Shown here: positions 1 through 7,357 of the stretch, piece after piece | Layout of the letters: every line of letters starts with the position of its first letter | Position numbering within the stretch: position 1 is the stretch's first letter | DNA from: an uncultured archaeon | Lineage (GTDB): Archaea > Asgardarchaeota > Thorarchaeia > Thorarchaeales > Thorarchaeaceae | Assembly: GCA_964458565.1 (NCBI GenBank) | Contig: CAYWJO010000066.1 | Coordinates: forward strand, 1-14,111 | Reading direction: 5' to 3' | DNA length: 14,111 nucleotides | Position numbers and translations under genes: made by a program | The notes under the pieces: generated by a model | Seen by the model: the letters and a program-made list of their open reading frames with translations, nothing else | What the model was told of the DNA's origin: nothing | Database searches by the model: none

Positions 1-90
1 ATTAGCTTCTGTAAGTTATGTTTTCACTTTCTATTTCTGTTTTGAATCATAAACTTTCAATCTCCATAATGTGGAATTAGCTTCTGTAAG
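1..90 (-). CRISPR. CRISPR array 1 (leader-proximal end; continues beyond left edge)
   Basis: Full 37-nt repeat at 54-90 (minus strand CTTACAGAAGCTAATTCCACATTATGGAGATTGAAAG) and an identical partial copy at 1-15, separated by a 38-nt spacer (16-53). The repeat has a TTCCA/TGGAG hairpin followed by the 8-nt tail ATTGAAAG, which fixes the minus orientation. Confidence 0.93.
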
Positions 91-253
91 TGGCCGAAAA
101 ACCACCTATTCTAGATGGTTAGAATCACCATAAGGCTGCTTTTTAGTATTGGTTTGTGGGAGTCATAATTCTGCACAACTCCTTATAAGGATGTACGCAA
201 TAAATCTTTTTTGAGGTCTATAACGACCAATTATCCCAGAGGGTGGGTATTGG
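91..253 (-). promoter_or_regulatory. Leader of array 1 / divergent intergenic region shared with cas1
   Basis: Non-coding, adjacent to the first repeat. The minus strand of 91-200 aligns without gaps to leader 2 (13866-13975). Contains the TATA-like palindrome TCCTTATAAGGA (180-191). Confidence 0.85.
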
Positions 254-1276
254 ATGCATACTATCATCTTAGAGGATTTTGGAACGTTCTTGGGTAAGAA
301 AGGCGACCGATTCGTCGTCAAGCAGAAGGGAAAGACACTTGGTGAGTTTCCGGTGTCACAGGTAGAGCGAATAATAATCTCCTCCTCCGGTTCCTCGTTG
401 AGTTCATCTGCCATCTACCTAGCAGTTGAGAACAGGATTCCCATAGCATTCACCTATACAGATGGGACCCCGTTTGGTTTCCTGACACCAACTCGTGGAC
501 ATGGTACTGTCCTCACTCGCAGAGCACAATATCTCCATGCAGCTTCGCCCTATGCAACACATCTTTCGAAGGGGTTCATAGATGGGAAGACAATGAACCA
601 GCGAAATCTACTGAATATGTGGGCAAAGAGTCGGACACGAACCAGTCCTGAAATTGCAAAACATCTCTATAATCTCTCATATGAGGTAGATACTATTCGG
701 AATGAGTTGGATCTAGTAGAAGGGTCGATGAACGTTGAAAAAAGGCAGAACTTGATGAATATTGAAGGGAGGATTGCAGCCCACTACTGGGAGGGTGTAG
801 GGCTTGTCATACCTAACTCCTTTGAATTCACAACAAGAAACACAAGAGGTGCAGTTGATCCCTTCAATATGCTTCTCAACTACGGTTATGGAATACTCTA
901 TTCAGAAGTGTGGTCTGCTGTGAGCACTGCTGGTCTTGACCCCTTTGCTGGTTTCCTCCATGTTGACAGACCTGGTCGTCCCTCACTGGTGCTTGACTTG
1001 ATAGAGGAGTTCAGACAACAGGTCGTCGATAGAATAATTGTTCGACTCACAATACAAAAGACGATAAAGCCCTCTGGAATTGTCGTGTCACAGGAGCTTA
1101 CCAAAGATGCGCGTTCAACCTTGGCATCAACTGTCATTGAACGACTTGCGCAGAAGGTGGATTATGAAGCTAAAAAGATATCTATCAAGAACATCATCGT
1201 GAGACAAGCCTGGGCCATTGCCAGGTATCTTAAGGACGAAACAAATCAATACAAGCCGTTCTATCAGAGGTGGTGA
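254..1276 (+). CDS. cas1: CRISPR-associated integrase Cas1
   Basis: 340 aa. N-terminal beta domain (GTFLGKKGDRFVV...FPVSQVERIII) and catalytic-region motifs NIEG, DPFNMLLNYGY, GLDPFAGFLH and SLVLDLIEEFR. Confidence 0.98.
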   Translation: MHTIILEDFGTFLGKKGDRFVVKQKGKTLGEFPVSQVERIIISSSGSSLSSSAIYLAVENRIPIAFTYTDGTPFGFLTPTRGHGTVLTRRAQYLHAASPYATHLSKGFIDGKTMNQRNLLNMWAKSRTRTSPEIAKHLYNLSYEVDTIRNELDLVEGSMNVEKRQNLMNIEGRIAAHYWEGVGLVIPNSFEFTTRNTRGAVDPFNMLLNYGYGILYSEVWSAVSTAGLDPFAGFLHVDRPGRPSLVLDLIEEFRQQVVDRIIVRLTIQKTIKPSGIVVSQELTKDARSTLASTVIERLAQKVDYEAKKISIKNIIVRQAWAIARYLKDETNQYKPFYQRW

Positions 1277-1572
1277 TGTTCTTGCACTGGCTGGTTGTCT
1301 ATGATATCACGGATGATAATCTCAGAGGGAAGGTTAGTGAACGCCTGAAAGACTACGGTCTAGAACGTATCCAGTATAGCGCATTTCTAGGGGAACTCCC
1401 CCGTTACTCATTGGCGTCTTTGAAAACTGACATGCGACGTTTGTTGAACGATGGTGAGGAAACAGACTCGATCATAATCTTTCCGCTGTGTAGCTCATGT
1501 TTCAAGAACCGAATTGTGATTGGGGAAGAACGGGAGATGGAGCGCGATGAACAAAAGGTCACGATATTCTAA
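1276..1572 (+). CDS. cas2: CRISPR-associated protein Cas2
   Basis: Motifs LVVYDITDD and LKDYGLERIQYSAF, plus C-terminal PLCSSC. The ATG at 1276 overlaps the cas1 stop (TGATG) and follows GAGGTG. The ORF track's GTG at 1270 is an alternative start. Confidence 0.97.
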   Translation: MFLHWLVVYDITDDNLRGKVSERLKDYGLERIQYSAFLGELPRYSLASLKTDMRRLLNDGEETDSIIIFPLCSSCFKNRIVIGEEREMERDEQKVTIF

Positions 1573-2185
1573 AATCACGGATGTTGAGGAGCAATACCTC
1601 ACTCCCACGGATATCAAGCAGTATGTTTTTTGTCCGCGTGTCACTTTCTTCAATAGAGTGATGAACCTGAAACCAGTGATGGGCTCGCAACAGGAGGCTG
1701 GACAGAAGACTCATGACCGATTATCACATCTCGAGAAGAAACGGCTCAGTGTTCTGAAAGCAGGTCTTGAACTGCAGGTTGAAACGAAGATGTTCGACAT
1801 TCCAGTTGTATCACACAACTTGGGAGTGCGTGGTAGATTGGACATGCTCTTGGTCACCTCTCAGAATGAGTATATCCCTGTGGAGTTCAAGGAGATGCGG
1901 AGTAACAAGGGGCAGGTTCGTCTGGACCATAAGTACCAACTAACCCTCTTGGGTCTAATGGTCGAAAATGCTTACGATACAATCGTGCGACGGGGGATTG
2001 TCCATTACACGCTGGAGGAGTTGACTATCGAGAAAGGTATCACAATGTCAATGAAGACTCGAACCAAGTCATATGTTGAACGAATCAACAGGATGATTGA
2101 GGATGGGTCGTTACCTTCACCTCGAGCACAATGCAGATTCGATCGCGTTGGATGTGGGTATGCCAATCAATGTGCTGACTTCTAG
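1547..2185 (+). CDS. cas4: CRISPR-associated exonuclease Cas4
   Basis: QYVFCPR (first Fe-S cysteine), RecB-like GRLD...PVEFK...QL, and three C-terminal cysteines. The ATG at 1547 follows GGAG. The ORF track extends to a TTG at 1520. Confidence 0.95.
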   Translation: MNKRSRYSKITDVEEQYLTPTDIKQYVFCPRVTFFNRVMNLKPVMGSQQEAGQKTHDRLSHLEKKRLSVLKAGLELQVETKMFDIPVVSHNLGVRGRLDMLLVTSQNEYIPVEFKEMRSNKGQVRLDHKYQLTLLGLMVENAYDTIVRRGIVHYTLEELTIEKGITMSMKTRTKSYVERINRMIEDGSLPSPRAQCRFDRVGCGYANQCADF

Positions 2186-2300
2186 TACGAACTCCCTATC
2201 AATTTACAGTCTTTTGTTTAAACAACATACTCTCACGTTCACCGAACTGTATTTGGGACACCCCTAGAATGCACTTCTGGTTTATCTCGTGGGTATACAC

Positions 2301-2340
2301 CAGTTTCAGATGTGATATATATAGTACAATTACGAAACTG
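2301..2340 (+). promoter_or_regulatory. Putative effector-operon promoter: TATA box flanked by an inverted repeat
   Basis: TATATATA at 2316-2323, about 45 nt upstream of the cas10d ATG, bracketed by CAGTTTC (2301-2307) and GAAACTG (2334-2340). Confidence 0.55.
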
Positions 2341-2368
2341 TGTTTGAGCACAGAATAGCGAATAATCA

Positions 2369-5020
2369 ATGAACGTGATTGAAGTGTTTAAGATAGACAT
2401 TGAAGAAGTTATGGACCAGTTAGAAGATGTCTTTGTAAGTATTGCTCTAAAAAGGGACTGGCATCATAAATATGCAAAGTTCGGGAAACAGACGCAATCG
2501 CTCTTTGTGCATTCAATGAACGCATTCTCCATCACTCGTGTGATTGGTAGACCCATGTTTGATCTAGACGATGATGAATTGCTTATTGCATGTACAGCAT
2601 CATTTCTTCACGACTATCAGAAAGCATACGACTCTTGGCAGGACGCAGCCCTTGCATTCATGGCTGGGCAAAGGCCAAAGAAGACTGTCTTCAGACATGA
2701 TTCAGGTATGGAGGAAGATTTGGAACATCTAAAGGGAATATTGACTGAAGTATCTGATAACCTTACATTTGATTATGATTTGGAACAACACGCCGCCCGT
2801 ATCCTCAATATGATTGTATACACTCATGATACTGAGAACAGGGCAGATGTGACTAGGAGGAAACGTATGGTTGGGTCTATTGACCCTCTTACACGAGTGG
2901 TTAGACTTGCAGATAGCATTGCAAGTATCAAGACCCTTGAGGACATCAAAAATAAGGAAAAGGATCCAGACATACCACCTGAAAAGAAGGTGTCCTTTGA
3001 CTATCACCAGATTTCTGTAGTGAGGGGTGTTGTTTCATGCTTTCTCAACGAGGCTATCGTGGAATTGATGAAAGAAGCTGGATACGTTCCACTCCTATTC
3101 TTTGGAAACGGAGCAACTTATCTTCGTGTTGGTGATGGTGTTCAAATTGATAATCCTAGAGAGAAAATACAGGACTTGATTGACAATCAATTCAGAGAGT
3201 TCAAGAATTCTAGTGTTTATTTGCAGGGAATGGCAAATGCTGTCATTGGTCCATTGACCCAGATGAAATGGCCTAGTATCCATCTGGTCAGAGAGCAGGA
3301 CGTACCTGATCTGGTCAGATACATTGCATCAATGCCTGCTACAAACAAGAAGACTGCTTTTGGAGATGGATATTATGAGGAACAGAGTAAGAAGAGTGAT
3401 GATTACAGGCAGGCCATGGATGACTTTGTCACACAGACTGGATCAACATCTCGTTCTGTGATACTAGCAGAGATGATATCTGACTTCAACATTCTTGTCT
3501 ATGTTTTCGACTTCATCAAGAGCTACAGAAAGCTGGTCGAAGATAACGAAACTGGTTCGAAATTCGAGAACGATGTAAATGAGTGGTTCCGTTCATCATC
3601 ACTGGGTGAATTCACATTTGATGGAATTAGTAGTATAACTCACACGTCTCCTGTTCATGATAGGGTGTCTATGGTAACCATACTTTGGAAGATAGGAGAT
3701 GAAAATCTACACACTTCAAAGGACCGACAGAAGACGATTGTGAATCGATGTATCAAACTCATGACTAACATAGTTAGAGAGTATGTAAAATATGCGCCTC
3801 GTGGTATCAGTGAGATTGTTAGTCAGCAACTTATTTCAGAGGTCCACTATATACCCGGAGAATTAGATTTGGTAGAAAAACTACGAGATCACTCAACTTC
3901 TATGTATATTAGATACTCAGATGGTAAGCAAGCGTCCAAACGTATTTGTGGTCTTTGTGGGTTACCAAGCTTTCACGAAGCACCTGCTGGATTGTTTGGG
4001 GACGGGTCAGAGAAGTTCTCTAACTTCATCCCGGGTGGTATTGAGATTGGTGGGACACGAAAGGCACAGGTCTGTCAATTATGTATGTTTGAAGCAACAT
4101 TACGAGGGTTCTACTTTCCCTCTGCTCCGTTTGGTACGTTCTTCCTTCTACCAGATATGTCGTTATCACCTTCTGTACTCCGATTGTGGTCAAATGCTAT
4201 CAATAATACCATCCGCTCAGAACAACTCGGTTTAGGACTTGGTAAGGTCTGGAATATGCTCGATGTCTACAAGCTTATAGCTAATGGTGAATCACTTGAT
4301 ACATCATCAAATCTGTTCAAGTATATCCGTCCAACGACGAATGAACTGAAAGACTTGGTAAGTTTCCTCTCAAATATGAGAGAAAACCCAAAAGATGTTG
4401 ATTTTGAAAATCCTGACAATCTGGATATTGAACATTCATTTGAGGAGATTGCACGATCTCATTTTCAAGGACTAGTAAGGATAGATCCTTATCTAATGAA
4501 GGAATATGTCCCAAGGACTGTTGTTCAGAGGTCATCACTCCTCACATCCAGCTATGCAATCACATTTCTAAGAAACGCTCCGAAAGATGATCCAAAAGAA
4601 GCCTCAAGCACCAGCGCTCTCAGAACATACCTTCTTGCTTTGATACTATCTGAGATATTTCATGCGAGAGTAGTATTTGTTGAGGGATATCAACCACTTG
4701 AGCAGTTTGAGGTAAAAGGAAGAGTCAATGTACAAATGCCAGGACCTGCAGAGAATGCATTACGAAATCAAGGAATTAACATGACAGTCGAGATTCATAA
4801 GGTTAAAGGCGTACTTCGTATACTGACATCGCATATGCTGATTTCAATGGGGGCTGTGAAAAACCTTGGAAAGGATAGACTTCTGCGACTTATGGCGATG
4901 AATAGAGGCGCAATTCTTCGTCGTGCTCAGATGGAACATGAGAGAAATCTCCCATCGTATTTGAAATTTGAACTATTGCATCTACTAGACAACCTGCCAC
5001 CAAAGGCAGGTGAATTATGA
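2369..5020 (+). CDS. cas10d: Type I-D large subunit Cas10d/Csc3 with N-terminal HD nuclease domain
   Basis: 883 aa. Cas3''-type HD motifs QSLFVH, FLHDYQK, YTH and VRLADSIAS; degenerate palm segment PLLFFGNGATYL; zinc finger CGLC...CQLC. Lies upstream of csc2, csc1 and cas3'. No GGDD motif. Confidence 0.92.
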   Translation: MNVIEVFKIDIEEVMDQLEDVFVSIALKRDWHHKYAKFGKQTQSLFVHSMNAFSITRVIGRPMFDLDDDELLIACTASFLHDYQKAYDSWQDAALAFMAGQRPKKTVFRHDSGMEEDLEHLKGILTEVSDNLTFDYDLEQHAARILNMIVYTHDTENRADVTRRKRMVGSIDPLTRVVRLADSIASIKTLEDIKNKEKDPDIPPEKKVSFDYHQISVVRGVVSCFLNEAIVELMKEAGYVPLLFFGNGATYLRVGDGVQIDNPREKIQDLIDNQFREFKNSSVYLQGMANAVIGPLTQMKWPSIHLVREQDVPDLVRYIASMPATNKKTAFGDGYYEEQSKKSDDYRQAMDDFVTQTGSTSRSVILAEMISDFNILVYVFDFIKSYRKLVEDNETGSKFENDVNEWFRSSSLGEFTFDGISSITHTSPVHDRVSMVTILWKIGDENLHTSKDRQKTIVNRCIKLMTNIVREYVKYAPRGISEIVSQQLISEVHYIPGELDLVEKLRDHSTSMYIRYSDGKQASKRICGLCGLPSFHEAPAGLFGDGSEKFSNFIPGGIEIGGTRKAQVCQLCMFEATLRGFYFPSAPFGTFFLLPDMSLSPSVLRLWSNAINNTIRSEQLGLGLGKVWNMLDVYKLIANGESLDTSSNLFKYIRPTTNELKDLVSFLSNMRENPKDVDFENPDNLDIEHSFEEIARSHFQGLVRIDPYLMKEYVPRTVVQRSSLLTSSYAITFLRNAPKDDPKEASSTSALRTYLLALILSEIFHARVVFVEGYQPLEQFEVKGRVNVQMPGPAENALRNQGINMTVEIHKVKGVLRILTSHMLISMGAVKNLGKDRLLRLMAMNRGAILRRAQMEHERNLPSYLKFELLHLLDNLPPKAGEL

Positions 5021-5041
5021 TCATCATTGAGGTGATATGAA

Positions 5042-5638
5042 TTGGTAATCCGAATGGAAAAAGAAGAAGAAAAATCAACTATCGAAGAGATTCGCAAAGT
5101 GCGGTCCGAGGCGGCAAAAGCACTCATTGCGTATCTTGACACATATCGGCCATCACAGGATCCCGGTGACTCGAAACACGCACTCATGGGTCCTGTTGGT
5201 AAGCTCCTCGTTCGAATAACCACGACAGGTGAAATAAACTGGGAAGCGACAAAGGGGTACGTTCTTAGTATCCACAAGAACCAACAGGCTCCTCGTGGAG
5301 TGACTCCTGATGCGGCAGAGCGTCTTGATGAAGCCATGAAGACCTTGAGTGAACTCAGAGATTTCCTTCCTCCCACAAAGTGGCTTAAGACTGTAGAGGA
5401 CCTCGATGATGAGGTGTTCTTTGGTCTGTTCAAGGATAAACTTGTGGGACAACGTAAGGGAATCCAGAAGAAATTCCATGAGTGGTTGAAAGCTAACTAC
5501 TCCATAGAGGAGATTAACAAACTCATTCCTCTGGAGGAGAATCAGTACGAATCGATTATGGCAATCGAAGATCCGTTTTCAGTTCGTCCAGAACTTGCTG
5601 ATTTGGTCAAGAGATTCTGGGAGGAGAGGAATAAGTAA
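5042..5638 (+). CDS. cas11: Stand-alone Cas11d-like small subunit with C-terminal extension
   Basis: 198 aa, helical-looking, between cas10d and csc2. It has its own RBS (GAGGTGA, 5029-5035) and TTG start. The segment Y-x8-SKHALMGPVGKLL resembles the S-x-H-A-[IL]-x-x-P segment I recall from the Cas11d region of cyanobacterial Cas10d. Confidence 0.72.
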   Translation: MVIRMEKEEEKSTIEEIRKVRSEAAKALIAYLDTYRPSQDPGDSKHALMGPVGKLLVRITTTGEINWEATKGYVLSIHKNQQAPRGVTPDAAERLDEAMKTLSELRDFLPPTKWLKTVEDLDDEVFFGLFKDKLVGQRKGIQKKFHEWLKANYSIEEINKLIPLEENQYESIMAIEDPFSVRPELADLVKRFWEERNK

Positions 5639-5653
5639 AGGGAGTGATAGAAA

Positions 5654-6592
5654 ATGGTAAGTCCAACAATTCCAAAGAGTTTTGCGAAGATAAGTGACTA
5701 TTTTGCAGAGAAGATATCTCCACTACTTGACTCAAGGGTTGTTCAAATCCTTCTCGTCAGGCAGACACATGACTATACGATATTAAGAACAGAAGAGAGT
5801 AGAGAGCTGAACACAGTGGTGATACCCGAGAGCATCGAGTCCAGCAAACCAACCGTTAAAGTAGCATTTCTGGCATCCAAACAGAAGGCTGTTGAGAGTC
5901 GAATGGCAGCTAAAATGCTGAGATCTGTGAGAGATGACTATGAATGTCGTCTGATGTTGAACCTATGTATGGAATGCCCGCGCTGTGCGCTCTTCGGAGC
6001 AGTCAATGTTTCAGGTGGACGAGAATATAACATCAAGCACAGGATTGAGTACTCCACTGGCTTCTCGATAGAGCGTTATGAAGACCTTCTGGAAACTATC
6101 ACGTTCAATGCTATCGATGATGCGAACCAGACCACTGGTCAGGCGCTGGGTATGACACATAATGTTCGACCATTAGCCACCTTCCCATGTGTCGTATCAT
6201 TGAATTCAGTAACTTGGCAGGAGCTCGTTCTCTATCTCAAGGCACTGATGGCATCTAAGTCATATGGTGCTGAAACCCGGGTAAAGGGTGATGTCAGGAA
6301 CACCATACTTGGTATCATCGCGGGTCATGAAGAAGTAATAACATCGCTTGAATACTCACTAGAGCTTGCTACTCGCTTTGAGGAGGACCTTCATGATGTC
6401 ACTGAAGAAATCCTGAAGAAGTACAAACAAATCAGTGCCTCCCGCTCTGATGTTGTAGTCCTCTCAGTAGAAGAGGTAAAACAACTGGTGAGTGATGTCC
6501 AAGACCTTTCAATCAGCAAGGAACTAACTGACACGATGTGGAAACAGGTTGAAGCATTTGTCAAGACTGCTAAAGCGACGAAGAAGAAATGA
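5654..6592 (+). CDS. csc2: Type I-D backbone subunit Cas7/Csc2
   Basis: 312 aa. Motifs VRQTHDYTILRTE, SKQKAVESR, Zn-site C-x6-CMECPRCALFG, TFNAID and YGAETRVKG. RBS GGAGTGA upstream. Confidence 0.93.
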   Translation: MVSPTIPKSFAKISDYFAEKISPLLDSRVVQILLVRQTHDYTILRTEESRELNTVVIPESIESSKPTVKVAFLASKQKAVESRMAAKMLRSVRDDYECRLMLNLCMECPRCALFGAVNVSGGREYNIKHRIEYSTGFSIERYEDLLETITFNAIDDANQTTGQALGMTHNVRPLATFPCVVSLNSVTWQELVLYLKALMASKSYGAETRVKGDVRNTILGIIAGHEEVITSLEYSLELATRFEEDLHDVTEEILKKYKQISASRSDVVVLSVEEVKQLVSDVQDLSISKELTDTMWKQVEAFVKTAKATKKK

Positions 6593-6619
6593 GTTGAAAA
6601 GACAAGAGGTTTGATTATT

Positions 6620-7357
6620 ATGGATTGCAATCTTGTTCATCTTACCTCTCATGATTTCTTCTTCTATGCCTCCCAGGACTATGGGGCATCTGCCCGTCCT
6701 GTGGGGTTGATAGGGAATTATGCTTTGATGTATGGCCTAAATCGATATACACCTAACGTCAGGAGAACAATCTCGTCAGGAAACAAACCTCACTATGATG
6801 AGGACCTACCAAGAATGTCTGTCTATGCAACACCAGCTGCTCCTACAAGCGATTTCTCAATAGATTGCCGTCCCAGAATTGGTGCGGATCGAATTAGCTT
6901 CGAGTCAGACTTGATACTAACTGAATTAACTTGGAACAGCACAGGATCATCTCTCTTGTGGACAATGCCAAAAGAGAAGATTAACATCCCCAAAACCGGT
7001 TCGTATCATAAATTCATCCCACTCACCACGTTTTACTTCTATACGGTAGGTGGAAAGCTCCCTGGAATCCTGCGCGTTGGAAAGAAGTACACCTCCGCAC
7101 GTCTTGAGATGATTCCCTTGGAGGTAGAGATGAAGGAGGGACGGTTTGTAGCAACATGTCCAGTTAATCTGATTGATCTCCCCGAAGAAACCGAGATACT
7201 ATCCGGCAGCTTGGTGAAGGTTCCACCTGCACCTCTCTTGTTGGATGCTGAACTCAAGGGGCGATATGTACAAGGGACTGATTTAGCTGGCGGAACGCAT
7301 CGATTTCCTGTACCAGATCAAGAACGATTCAAGAGCTCTTGGAATCAAGAGATGTGA
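6620..7357 (+). CDS. csc1: Type I-D Cas5/Csc1
   Basis: Motifs HDFFFYAS, IGNYALMYGL, YATPA, LPGILRVGKK and PVNLIDLP. The ATG at 6620 follows GAGGT. The ORF track starts at a TTG at 6611. Confidence 0.9.
   Translation: MDCNLVHLTSHDFFFYASQDYGASARPVGLIGNYALMYGLNRYTPNVRRTISSGNKPHYDEDLPRMSVYATPAAPTSDFSIDCRPRIGADRISFESDLILTELTWNSTGSSLLWTMPKEKINIPKTGSYHKFIPLTTFYFYTVGGKLPGILRVGKKYTSARLEMIPLEVEMKEGRFVATCPVNLIDLPEETEILSGSLVKVPPAPLLLDAELKGRYVQGTDLAGGTHRFPVPDQERFKSSWNQEM

Noticed and set aside
16-53. Self-targeting by the array 1 spacer or the partial last spacer of array 2
   Set aside because: By eye I found only matches of 8 nt or fewer in the window, none with a GTN flank.
2196-2226. Degenerate repeat or mini-array on the minus strand (ATTGATAG resembles the ATTGAAAG handle)
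   Set aside because: No hairpin directly before the handle, no second repeat at spacer distance, and no PAM-flanked target found for the following sequence.
2369-5020. Type III Cas10 with cyclic oligoadenylate synthase activity
   Set aside because: No GGDD motif. The HD motif order and the csc2, csc1 and cas3' neighbours indicate type I-D.
5018-5041. cas10d as a pseudogene or sequencing error, or UGA read-through (selenocysteine) joining it to the downstream ORF
   Set aside because: There are two in-frame TGA codons, the downstream ORF has a dedicated RBS, and I saw no SECIS-like structure or cysteine-equivalent context.
4927-5479. Minus-strand ORFs of 168 and 108 aa, and the other short ORFs nested in cas genes
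   Set aside because: These are shadows of well-supported plus-strand genes, with no motifs or independent expression signals.
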